This document shows positions 1-11,000 of a stretch of 64,000 nucleotides of DNA, piece by piece. Origin of the DNA: Desulfatiglandales bacterium. GTDB taxonomy: Bacteria; Desulfobacterota; DSM-4660; Desulfatiglandales; Desulfatiglandaceae. Position 1 is the first letter of the stretch, and each line of letters begins with the position of its first letter. The notes beneath the pieces are model-generated. The model was not told the origin of the DNA. It saw only the letters and a program-made list of their open reading frames with translations, and made no database searches. The stretch is taken from positions 7,776,001 to 7,840,000 of the forward strand of contig OY759599.1 of assembly GCA_963662465.1 (NCBI GenBank). Reading direction: 5' to 3'. A program made the translations under genes and the position numbers.

Positions 1-19
1 TCAGAACATCCGGGCGGTT

Positions 20-1252
20 ATGGTGTTATGGGCACTGGCGGGCCAACTGGATGTGGAGGGGGGGCGCTGTTTTTTGAGAAGGGAGAACAGCATTCCTCTG
101 ACCAGGGACAGGCAGATCGAAACGCCGGGTTATGATAAATCCATCGGTGGGGATAAGTTTCCCGTGTATTCCTATTACTGTGGCGGAGAACCCCATGCTG
201 CTCTTTTACCCAAATCCATTATCGACGGCGACCCGTACAAAATCAGGGGGTTGTTTGTTTTGGGGGCTTCCCTTTTGACCTCATGGCCTAATCCCGGTCT
301 TTGGCGGAAGGCATTGAAAGAATTGGAGTTTATGGTAACCATCAATTTGCAGCTCACCGAGGATGCGGCCTATGCCGATATCGTATTGCCGGCGACAACG
401 GCCTTTGAGCAGGAATCATACTGCTATTATGGAAACGCCATAAGATTGAGAGAAAAGATGATAGAACCCGTGGACGAAGCCAGGTCGAACTATGACATCC
501 TGTCTGAATTGGCCCAGCGGCTTGGATATGGGCATCTGTATCCCCGGAAACCTGAAGAAATTCTGGAATATATTCTCGGTGGTTCCGGGGTTACGGTTCA
601 GGCATTAAGGGATGCCGAAAAACATGTGATTTATGGCGATAGAAAAAAGATGGTCTATCGAAAATGGGAGAAAGGGTTGCTGAGATTTGACGGCAAACCG
701 GGGTTTGAAACGCCCTCCGGTAAATTTGAGATCAAATCGACCGTGTTGGAACGATTCGGTTATGAGGGGCTTCCCAAATATGAAGAATCGGATGAGACGC
801 CCCTCAGTAATCCGAAGATGTATGAAAAATATCCACTGATTTTAGGAACGGGCCCTTTTAAGCCTGACATGAAATCATCTTTACGGGGAATCCCCGCTTT
901 TATGGAAAAGTATCCTTACCCCGTTGTTCAAATAAATCCTTTCGATGCCGGGGATCGTCGTATTAAAACGGGTGACAGGGTGTCCATCAAGACGGCGCGG
1001 GATTCCGTATTCATGAGAGCCTTTGTGACGGACAAAATAATGAAAGGCTATGTCTATGCGCCTGTTGGGGGCGGCGGTCCTCTGGGCACGGATGAATGGC
1101 AGGCGGCCAATGTGAATTGCTTGACGGATTCCGAGCAATTTGACGCCATATCAGGTTTTCCCATCTACAAAACGCTGCTGTGTCAGGTGAAAAAGAAACG
1201 ACAGCGTAAAAGAATTGCCGTTCAAGATCCAACTTTAGGGTGTGTGGGATAA
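20..1252 (+). CDS. Molybdopterin-dependent oxidoreductase, C-terminal part (5' end lies before the window)
   Basis: YADIVLPATTAFE motif, GFETPSGKFEI, and a C-terminal molybdopterin-dinucleotide-binding region (VQINPFDA...IKTGDRVSI...ANVNCLT...DAISGFP). Confidence 0.85.
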   Translation: MVLWALAGQLDVEGGRCFLRRENSIPLTRDRQIETPGYDKSIGGDKFPVYSYYCGGEPHAALLPKSIIDGDPYKIRGLFVLGASLLTSWPNPGLWRKALKELEFMVTINLQLTEDAAYADIVLPATTAFEQESYCYYGNAIRLREKMIEPVDEARSNYDILSELAQRLGYGHLYPRKPEEILEYILGGSGVTVQALRDAEKHVIYGDRKKMVYRKWEKGLLRFDGKPGFETPSGKFEIKSTVLERFGYEGLPKYEESDETPLSNPKMYEKYPLILGTGPFKPDMKSSLRGIPAFMEKYPYPVVQINPFDAGDRRIKTGDRVSIKTARDSVFMRAFVTDKIMKGYVYAPVGGGGPLGTDEWQAANVNCLTDSEQFDAISGFPIYKTLLCQVKKKRQRKRIAVQDPTLGCVG

Positions 1253-1284
1253 ATCGAGAATGTCGGCGCCGATCATGATTAGGT

Positions 1285-3054
1285 TTATGGGTTTGAGTCT
1301 TCATTAAAATAAAATTTTCCCGAACGAAACAGTTCTAAGCAGGTATCTGCAACGGCGTGATCGTAAAGGATGCCTTTCTTCGCTTCAATCTCCTGAAGTG
1401 CCTTTTCAATGCCCAGGGATGCCCTGTAGGGCCTGTGGGAGGCCATGGCCTCCACCACGTCGGCTACCGCAATGATTTTGGCCTCCAACAGAATGGCATT
1501 GCCCGATAACCCTTTGGGATATCCGGACCCATTGATGCGCTCATGGTGTTGAAGTACGATTTCGGAAATGGGCCATGGAAAATTGATATTTTTGAGAATA
1601 TTGTACCCTGCCTCGGAATGGGTTCGGATCAGGTCGATTTCGGGTCTGATCAGTTTCCCTGGTTTGCTGAGGATTTCCGCAGGAACATTGATTTTTCCAA
1701 TGTCGTGTACCAGCGAGGCCAGTCGTAGCCCTTGAAGCCGGTCCTGGTCAATATTCATCTCACGGGCGATGGCGCAGGCGATTTCCGTTACCCTGCGCTG
1801 GTGTCCTGCTGTATAGGGATCCTTCATTTCAAAGGCGGATGCCAGGGAAATAACGGCTTCTTCAAGATTATTGCTTAACCTGATAATGCCTTCTCTGATC
1901 TTTTTCTCCGCACCTTTCCGTTCACTGATGTCTCTCAGGGTTACGATGTGGGCCGGCATTCCCTTGAACATGATATTGGTGCCAAGGCTTTCAACCTCTT
2001 TTTCATCGCCGCTGGGGGTGATGATTCGATATTCATTCAGAATCCTGACATGACGTCTGTTTACCATGAGGTAATTTTTGATGACCGATCTCATATGGTT
2101 TGGGTGGATAAAATTCGCAACGCGCTTGCCAACGGCCTCTTGTGGGGATTTCATGCCGGCGAGTTTTGCTGCGGCGTTATTGGCAAAGAGAATTTTGCCG
2201 CTGCGGGCAATGATCACCGCGGCATCCAGCATGTTGTCCACAAGAGAACGAACCAGTTCCTGACTTTCTCTCAGCTCCAGCTCTTTTCGCTTACGTTCCG
2301 TAATGTCGTTGATGATGATAACGGCATGATCCTGAAGTGGAATGAGATTCAGTGTGGTAAGACGTCCGCAAAACAAGACGGGCGATTCTTCGTTAATTTC
2401 TTCTTTGTTTCGGTTCAGCAATTCCGTGACCCGGGTCTGATGTTCCTCCGCAAAGAGCGCCGTGAATTTAATCCCCAGCAGATCGCTTTCCGATAGACCG
2501 GCCAGGAATCGGGCGCTTGCGTTTACGGAAACGATTCTCCCATCGGCTTCGATCTCCAGGATGCCCTCTTTCATTTTTTCGAGAATGATTTCAAAATGCT
2601 GTTTTGCGGAAAGTAATTCCTGGGTGATTTTTCTCGGCCACATGTATTTAGCGCCAAGGACTTCGCCCATGCGGCATTTTTGGCGATGTTTTTCGGGATT
2701 TTGAGTCACAGAGAGAATAATCCGGCCCATCCCGGAAAAAGGTCCCTTGGCAATCAGGATATCCGCACCCAGCGCAATGATGTCGACCTTTTCTTCCGCT
2801 GCCAGGGCGGATATAACGGCAATGCAGCAATGTTCCTGGTGTTTCATTTTGCGAACGGCACGGCAGAGTTGCCGACCATCGATATTGGGCATGACCAGGT
2901 CCACAAAGATTATGTCCGGGAGGTAGTTTACCAGGATGTCCAAGGCTTCCAAGCCGTCTTCGGCCACCTGGACCTCATGCCCATTTTCCTGAAGCAGGTC
3001 CCTGATAAATTCAAGGATCAGTTTATCATTATCGACAACGAGAATTTTCTTCAT
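1285..3054 (-). CDS. Response regulator with PAS domains and an HD-GYP c-di-GMP phosphodiesterase domain
   Basis: N-terminal REC (MKKILVVDND...DLVMPNIDG), two PAS-like segments, HDIGK and HHERINGSGYP motifs. ATG at 3054 preferred over the longer ORF call. Confidence 0.9.
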   Translation of the reverse strand: MKKILVVDNDKLILEFIRDLLQENGHEVQVAEDGLEALDILVNYLPDIIFVDLVMPNIDGRQLCRAVRKMKHQEHCCIAVISALAAEEKVDIIALGADILIAKGPFSGMGRIILSVTQNPEKHRQKCRMGEVLGAKYMWPRKITQELLSAKQHFEIILEKMKEGILEIEADGRIVSVNASARFLAGLSESDLLGIKFTALFAEEHQTRVTELLNRNKEEINEESPVLFCGRLTTLNLIPLQDHAVIIINDITERKRKELELRESQELVRSLVDNMLDAAVIIARSGKILFANNAAAKLAGMKSPQEAVGKRVANFIHPNHMRSVIKNYLMVNRRHVRILNEYRIITPSGDEKEVESLGTNIMFKGMPAHIVTLRDISERKGAEKKIREGIIRLSNNLEEAVISLASAFEMKDPYTAGHQRRVTEIACAIAREMNIDQDRLQGLRLASLVHDIGKINVPAEILSKPGKLIRPEIDLIRTHSEAGYNILKNINFPWPISEIVLQHHERINGSGYPKGLSGNAILLEAKIIAVADVVEAMASHRPYRASLGIEKALQEIEAKKGILYDHAVADTCLELFRSGKFYFNEDSNP

Positions 3055-3260
3055 GGGTTTTGCCTTAATAAATTTACATATGAGTAGCATTCAGTTCTCG
3101 GTTGTGTCAATACCAAAGGGGCGCGAATCCGGATGTCCGCATAAATTTGAAGGTGGGCTTCAGATTCACCTTGCATATCGGGAAAAAAAGTGTAAATTGC
3201 TCTTGGGTCCCTACTTTGGTACCTATCATCGCTTACGTCAATTTTTTACAATGGTTCAAC

Positions 3261-5096
3261 ATGCAAAGACCCACATATTTCATCAGCCAGCCGATGCTCT
3301 ATCGGAACAACCAGAACTGGTATGGATACAAGAAAATCGACGGAAAAGTTGTTTTTAAGAAGAGCCTTCGAACCACCTCAAAACAGGAAGCCGAAAGCTG
3401 GCTAAGCCGTATGAAGGTTTCTCTTAAAGCAATTGAAGCGAGTAAATCTTTTGCCGACAGTGAATTTTTGCCGGGTCCTGCCATCGGCTGGCTCCATAAG
3501 GACGCGAAGGTCCTTCCTTACGATAAACCGGAGAGTTGGGAAGCCATCAAGAGATTGAATTGTCCCGTTCATATTGTTTTTAAGGACAATTGCCTGGGGC
3601 TCGTCGTCATAAACGGGGACATGCCTGAGGCGATGTTGCGTTCGGATGCGACCATCCCTATTATCGGCAGTTTGGCGGCCTTGCCCGCCGCCAATCTTGG
3701 CGACAGATCCTTTTGTGATGATCACGGAATAGACTATGCTTATTATACCGGGGCCATGGCGAACGGTATCGCTTCCGTCGAAATGGTGGAAGCCGTTGCC
3801 GACTGCGGATTGCTGGGTTTTTTTGGATCGGGGGGGCTTGATCTTGGGGAAATTGGAAGCGCCATTGACCGGCTGACGGAGAGATGTCCGGATAAGCCTT
3901 TCGGATTTAATCTGATACACAGCCCCAACGAGCCGAAGTTGGAAGCGGATACGGTTCAGCTATATCTGGATCGAAATATCCGGCTTGTGGAGGCGGCCGC
4001 CTTTCTTGACGTTACCCTGCCATTGGTGCGATACCGGGTTTCGGGTATTTCACGTGACGATACGGGGCAGGTGGTGACCCCGAATCACGTCATCGCAAAA
4101 TTATCGAGAGAGGAAGTGGCGGAAAAATTTCTCTCTCCGCCACCGAAACATTTTGTCGATGCACTGGTATCCTCCGGTGAACTCAGCTGTGAACAGGCCC
4201 GGATGTGTCTTGAAATCCCCCTGGCCCAGGATATTGCCGCCGAAGCCGATTCGGGGGGACATACGGACAATCGGCCGTCGATGACCCTTTTCCCCACCAT
4301 CCTGGCCCTCAGAGATAGATTGCAGGCGGTATTTAATTTCGCCCAGCCTTCCAGAATCGGGCTGGGCGGCGGGATATCCACCCCATGGTCCGCCGCCGCC
4401 GCCTATGCCATGGGGGCGGCCTTCATTGTGACCGGATCGGTCAACCAGGCCTGTGTTGAGTCGGGCGCCTCCGATGATGTTCGTCAAATGCTGGCTGAGA
4501 CCCGACAGGCGGATGTGGCAATGGCGCCCGCCGCGGACATGTTTGAAATGGGGGTAAAGGTCCAGGTCCTCAAAAGAGGCACCATGTTTGCCATGAGGGC
4601 CGCAAAACTCTATGAGTTATACCGGAATTATGGCGCCATCGAAGAGATCCCCGCGATTGAACGGGAAAAAATTGAAAAATCCATACTGAGATGTTCCTTT
4701 GAAGAGGCCTGGCACGAAACAAAATCCTTTTGGCGATATCGTGATCCCGGGGAGATTGAAAGGGCTTCCACCAATCCGAAACATAAAATGGCGCTCATTT
4801 TCCGTTCATATCTCGGCCGCGCCGCTGTTTGGGCGCGAAACGGCGATGTTTCGCGTAAAATCGACTATCAGATATTTTGCGGACCTGCCATGGGCGCCTT
4901 TAATGAATGGGCCAAAGACAGCTTTTTGGCAATTCCTGAAAACCGTAAAATTGCAACGGTTGCCTTGAATATTCTTTATGGGGCTGCGTTTTTAAGACGT
5001 TGCAATTACATTCAAAATATGGGGATTTCTCTTCCTGAAAAACTCAAAAGGATAAAACCCCTTCAATTAGGCCAGGTTTTGGAGTACCTGAAGTGA
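3261..5096 (+). CDS. pfaD: PfaD-family trans-acting enoyl reductase of a PUFA/PKS synthase, with an atypical N-terminal extension
   Basis: GAMANGIAS, EADSGGHTDNRP, APAADMFEMGVKVQVLKRGT and DYQIFCGPAMGAFN motifs. Start uncertain (ATG 3261). Confidence 0.92.
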   Translation: MQRPTYFISQPMLYRNNQNWYGYKKIDGKVVFKKSLRTTSKQEAESWLSRMKVSLKAIEASKSFADSEFLPGPAIGWLHKDAKVLPYDKPESWEAIKRLNCPVHIVFKDNCLGLVVINGDMPEAMLRSDATIPIIGSLAALPAANLGDRSFCDDHGIDYAYYTGAMANGIASVEMVEAVADCGLLGFFGSGGLDLGEIGSAIDRLTERCPDKPFGFNLIHSPNEPKLEADTVQLYLDRNIRLVEAAAFLDVTLPLVRYRVSGISRDDTGQVVTPNHVIAKLSREEVAEKFLSPPPKHFVDALVSSGELSCEQARMCLEIPLAQDIAAEADSGGHTDNRPSMTLFPTILALRDRLQAVFNFAQPSRIGLGGGISTPWSAAAAYAMGAAFIVTGSVNQACVESGASDDVRQMLAETRQADVAMAPAADMFEMGVKVQVLKRGTMFAMRAAKLYELYRNYGAIEEIPAIEREKIEKSILRCSFEEAWHETKSFWRYRDPGEIERASTNPKHKMALIFRSYLGRAAVWARNGDVSRKIDYQIFCGPAMGAFNEWAKDSFLAIPENRKIATVALNILYGAAFLRRCNYIQNMGISLPEKLKRIKPLQLGQVLEYLK

Positions 5097-8000
5097 AAAC
5101 GATAAAAAATAACAAAAAAAACGCTGCGATAACCGGATGTGAACCGATTGCCGTCATTGGCATCGGTTGCATTTTCCCCCGGGCGAACAACCATGGCGCC
5201 TACTGGGCCAATCTTAAAAACGGCGTGGATGCCATAAGGGATATCCCTGAAGGACATTGGCGGATTGACGACTACTATTCCGCCGATCCTTCTTCCCAGG
5301 ACCATACCCATGCAAAGCGGGGCGGTTTTTTGTCTCCCATTGATTTTGTTCCCCTCGAATTCGGCATTACCCCCAATGCCATCGAGGCCACGGACACCTC
5401 TCAACTGCTCGGCATGGTCGCGGCCAAACAGGCGCTTCTTGACGCAGGGTATAATGATGCGGACCGTTACGACAAGGATCGCGTCAGCGTCATCCTCGGC
5501 GTAACGGGCGCTTTGGAATTGACCATCACCCTCGGCGCCCGCCTGGGCCATCCCAAATGGCGAAAAGCCCTGAGGGATGAAGGGTTGGACGACGCCCTTT
5601 CGGCTAAGATCATTAACCGTATCTCGGAACAGTATGTCCCCTGGCAGGAAAATTCCTTCCCCGGTCTTTTGGGAAATGTGGTGGCGGGCCGGATCGCCAA
5701 TTATCTCGATCTGGGAGGGACCAACTGTGTCGTGGATGCCGCATGCGCCAGCTCTTTTTCCGCCATACACCTGGCCATCATGGAATTGCAGACGGGAAGG
5801 GCCGACATGGCGATCAGCGGCGGCATTGATACCTTTAACGACGTTTTTATGTACACGTGCTTCGGCAAAACCATGGCCCTTTCTCCCACCAGCGATGCCA
5901 AACCCTTTGACAAGGATGCGGACGGTACGATTCTGGGGGAGGGTATCGGCATTGTGGTGTTAAAATGCCTTAAGGATGCAAAACGGGACAAAGACAACAT
6001 ATACGCCGTCATTCGCGCCATCGGCACGTCCAGTGACGGAAAAGGAAAAGCCATCTATGCGCCGAGCGCACAAGGCCAGGTCAAAGCCATTCGCCGGGCT
6101 TACCGACTGGCCGATGTCGACCCTTCCACCATCGATCTGCTTGAGGCCCATGGCACCGGGACAAAGGTCGGCGATGCCGTTGAGGTTAAAGCGATTACCG
6201 AAGTGTATCAAAATGGCGCCGGCGCGCCCTGGTGCGCCATCGGTTCCGTAAAATCCCAGATCGGTCATGCCAAAGCCGCCGCCGGGGCCGCCGGATTGAT
6301 CAAGGCGGCCCTTGCCCTCCATCATAAAGTTCTGCCGCCCACCATCAAAGTGACAACCCCGACGCCGGCCCTTCGCGACAACAGTCCGTTTTACATCAAT
6401 CAGGTTCCCAAACCGTGGGTGAGGCGCCCTGAACATCCCCGACGGGCGGCAGTAAGCGCTTTTGGATTTGGCGGAAGTAATTTTCACTGCGTGCTGGAGG
6501 AATATGACGCCGAAAAAACCGCTTCCGATTTTGATGGCGCCACTGAAATTCTGGCTGTTTCCGCCGACACGCCGAAAGGTCTTATGGGGGCGCTGGATGG
6601 GATTCACCCCGGATCATCATGGGAAGACCTTTCGAGGTTGTTTAAAAAGATGAGAGCCGGGTTTAATGCGCAACATCCCTATCGATTGACTGCCGTCATC
6701 AAGGAAGACGACGATATGGACGCCCTCATGACGCGCATCGGAAAAACCCTTGAAAGCGAGCCCAACGATTGCCGATGGTCCCTGCCGGAAGGGGTCTATT
6801 TCGGTCTGGACGCGTTCAAGGGTAAGCTGGGATTTCTCTTTCCCGGGCAGGGATCTCAATATGTGGGGATGCTTCGGGAGATGAGTTGTCAGTTTCCGCA
6901 AATGCTCTCGTCGCTGGAAGCGGCCGACCTGGCCTTACGGGAAAAAACGCCATTGAAAACCCGTATCAGCGATATCATTTACCCGCCCTATGCCTTTACT
7001 GAAGACGAAAAGAAAGCCCGGCAGCTGGCCCTCAGGTCAACGGATATGGCGCAGCCGGCCATCGGCGCTGTAAGCGCTGGGCTTTGTAAGGTGTTGGCGT
7101 CTTTTGGGGTCAGGCCCGATGTTGTGGCGGGCCACAGTTATGGAGAAGTCGTAGCGCTTTTTGCTGCCAAGATCCTGGATGAGCAATCCCTCTTTGATAT
7201 TTCCGTACTCCGTGGGATGCTCATGGATTCGGGCAGGTCGGACGGGGGTGGCATGGTTGCGGTCATTGCGTCCTTGCGGAAGGTCGAAGCGGTTCTTCGA
7301 GAAACAGGGCTTGATGTTGTGATTGCCAATAAAAACGCGCCGAACCAGGTGGTCCTTTCAGGGGATAAACCTGATTTGGAAAGGGCGAAGGTGGAATTCA
7401 AAAAAAGGAAAATCCCATGCAAATCGCTTCCCGTGGCCAATGCGTTTCACAGCAGGGCCGTGTCGGATGCAGCGGGTGAGTTTCTGGAAGGGCTTAAAAA
7501 GATTGCCTTTTCAAAGGGGGAGATCCCTGTTTTTTCAAACACCACCGGCAGGAAATATTCTGCAACCGCCGGGGCCGCCCGTGAGCTTCTTGCGAACCAA
7601 CTGGCGAAACCCGTTGATTTTATGTCGATGATTCAAAACATGTACGCGGACGGTGTGCGAACCTTCGTGGAAGTGGGTCCGGGCGCCGTCTTGAAGGGGC
7701 TTGTGAGTTCAATCCTCGGCGACAAAGCGCATGTTTGCCTGGGCCTGGATAGCCACTCTTCAAAGCAATCGGGCGTTGTTGCTTTTGCACGTGTTCTGGC
7801 CTATCTATCCGCCCAGGGATATCCGGTTGATCTCAACCAGTGGAACATGAATCTTAAAGACGCGGAGCCGTTTGCCTCAATTAAACCAAAGATGACGGTG
7901 CCCATATCAGGCGTCAACCATGTTTCCAAAAGAGTATTGACGCCGCCTGAACCCAAGACAAAGCTGATACAATCCAAACCACAACCTGGGCCCGGAACAC

Positions 8001-11000
8001 ACGCGGTTACGCAGGCTGACCATCAGGACACAATGATGCGGGAATCAACAGATGAATCTATGAAACGCCTTCAGGCGGGCATGGTGGCCCTTCAGAAACT
8101 TCAGGAAGAAACCGCGCGTCTGCACGGCAAGTTCCTTGAAGGACAGCAGGCCGCCACCCGGATGCTGGCGTCCCTTTTGGGCAACTCTCAGGCCGATGTC
8201 CATTCATCGGCGAAAATCGAAAAATCACCCGAATCGGGGATGGCTGAAATCCGAAAGGCCGAGAATCCACCTGACGTTGAAATGCCGTTGGACCCCGTCG
8301 TTTCAAGGAAAAGATGTGCTGAAGCCGCGGTCTGTATGCGAGAGAAAATCCGCAATCCGCAATCCGCAATCCGCAATTCAAGGGAGCCCCATCTTCGAAG
8401 CGTTTTATTCGGGGTGGTATCGGAAACGACGGGATACCCGGTTGAGATGCTTGAACCCGACATGACGCTGGATCATGATCTTGGGATCGACTCCATCAAG
8501 CGGGTGGAGATTTTTTCGATACTGCGTGACAGGCTGCCCGATGCGCCTGAAATAGAGCCTAAGCATCTTGGTGAACTGGAATCCCTGCGGGACATCGTGA
8601 ATCATCTGGTTGCGGGCAGCGCTGCCGACGGTGAAGGGCGAGATGGAGATCAGGACGTTTCCATTGCACAACCCGTGGAAATTAACGGCAAGGCGACCAA
8701 TGCGATTCTGGAGATTCTTCTGGGGGTCGTTTCGGAAACGACGGGATACCCGGTTGAGATGCTTGAATCTGACATGACCCTTGATCAAGACCTTGGGATC
8801 GATTCCATCAAACGGGTGGAGATTTTTTCGATACTGCGTGACAGGTTGCCCGAAGCGCCTGAAATAGAACCTAAACATCTTGGTGAATTAGAATCCTTGC
8901 GGGATATCGTGAATCATCTGGCCGCGGGCAGCGCTGTTTCCGGTGAAGGGCGAGACGGAGATCGGGATGTTTCCATTGCACAAGCGGTGGAATCAAACAG
9001 GGACGCGACTGACGAGATCCTTAAAGTTCTTCTGGGGGTGGTATCAGAAACAACGGGATACCCGGTGGAGATGCTTGAACCCGACATGACGCTGGATCAT
9101 GACCTTGGGATCGACTCCATCAAGCGGGTGGAGATATTTTCGATTTTGCGGGAGAAGCTGCCCGATGCGCCTGAAATAGAACCTAAGCATCTTGGTGAAC
9201 TGGAATCCTTGCAGGATATCGTGGACCATCTGGTTTCGGGCGTTAAAAAAAATGAGGTAGCCCAAAATAGTGTTTTGAATGCGGATGTGTCCAACGAACC
9301 CGTGAAATGCGCGCCTGCTTCCTCCGATGTTTTTAGAATGGTGGTTTCCTGCGAACCCGTGGCAACTGTTTCTTCCGACGCCGTGCAAATATCCAAGGCC
9401 GGCCCCTTCTGGATTACCCGGGATGATCGTGGACTTTGTGCGGCCCTTCAAGATCGGTTGCATGATTTGGGCTATGAAACGGTTCCCATTTCTTTTGGGG
9501 ACCTGGATCAATTGACGCCGCCCGATTCTCTGGCCGGTTTGATGATTCTTGGGGCTGAGGATACGGACGATCGTTTTATCGCAAACGCTTTTGAACTCCT
9601 TCGCATTGCTGAAAAGAGCCTTCGAAAGACCCAAAAAGATGGGATGTCGCGGTTTGTTACGGTGTCGTTCATGGATGGCAAATTCGGGTTTGGCACCCCT
9701 GCAAAAGAAATGGCGCCGACCCAGGGAGGGCTCGCGGGGCTTTCAAAAACCGCCGGGCATGAATGGCCGGAGGTCGGGTGTCTGGCCCTTGATATGGGCG
9801 CATTTGACGCCAACGAGGAAACGGCGGCGGCAATTGTCTCTGAAATATTCAGGGCGGGTCCCGTGGAAAGGGGGCTTGGCAAAGATCATCTCATTACCTT
9901 GAAACTGGTTCCCAGTCCGCTTAAACGCCTGGAAAAACAGGGCGTTTCCATGCTTAACCCGGATGATGTGGTGATTGTGTCGGGGGGCGCCAGGGGGGTT
10001 ACCGCGGAAGTAACGGCCGCCGTTGCCAAGGCATATGGCCCGGTGATCATACTCCTCGGAAGAAGTCCGGGGCCGGAAAATGAATCCGACCTGCTCGAAC
10101 ACCTGGCGTCTGACTCGGAAATCAAACGCGCTATCCTGGCGGCCGGATCCGGCAACATGACCCCCAAAGAGCTTGAGAATGATTTCAGGAAGGTGATGGC
10201 CAACCGGGAGATCCATCGAAACATTGAACGGTTGACGGGCTTTGGCGCCAAGGTTCAATACCATTCGGTCGACATCCGGGACCGTTTGGCGGTTGCCGAT
10301 GTGTTGGCGCGGGTCAGAGACGAATTCGGCAAAATAACCGCCGTGATTCATGGGGCGGGGGTTCTGGAAGACCGTTTGATCGGGGATAAAACCGTTGCGC
10401 AGTTTGAAAAGGTCTATGGCACCAAGGTCCGGGGATTAAGAAATCTACTTTCCGCAACCGAGTCGGATGATCTGAAGATGATCGCCCTGTTTTCCTCTTC
10501 CTCCGCCCGGTTTGGAAGAAAAGGCCAGATCGATTATGCGGCGGCAAACGAGGTGTTGAATAAGATGGCCCGGGAGGCGGCGAGAAAAAGGCCTGGGTGC
10601 CGAACGGTCGCTTTCAACTGGGGACCCTGGGATGGGGGGATGGTGACGCAGGTTCTCAAACCGCTGTTTAAGGAAGAGGGGATTGACCTGATCAGCAAAA
10701 AGGCGGGATCCGGGTATTTTATTGACGAATTCGAATCCGGCGTAAAAGGTCCCGTTGAGGTAGTCGTCATGGGGGGGCCGTTGGATGCCTCCTTTGGGTT
10801 GGATCTTAGTCTGGAGCATTATCCCATCCTGCGGGATCACGTGATGAACGGGAATGCGGTACTCCCCGCGGCCCTCATGATGGAATGGCTGGCTCAGGGG
10901 GCGCTCAAAAACAACCCGGGATACCGCTTTGTGGGCTTTGACGACTTCAGGGTTTTGAAGGGGATTATCATGAAAAATGGTGATTCGCAACATATCGAGA

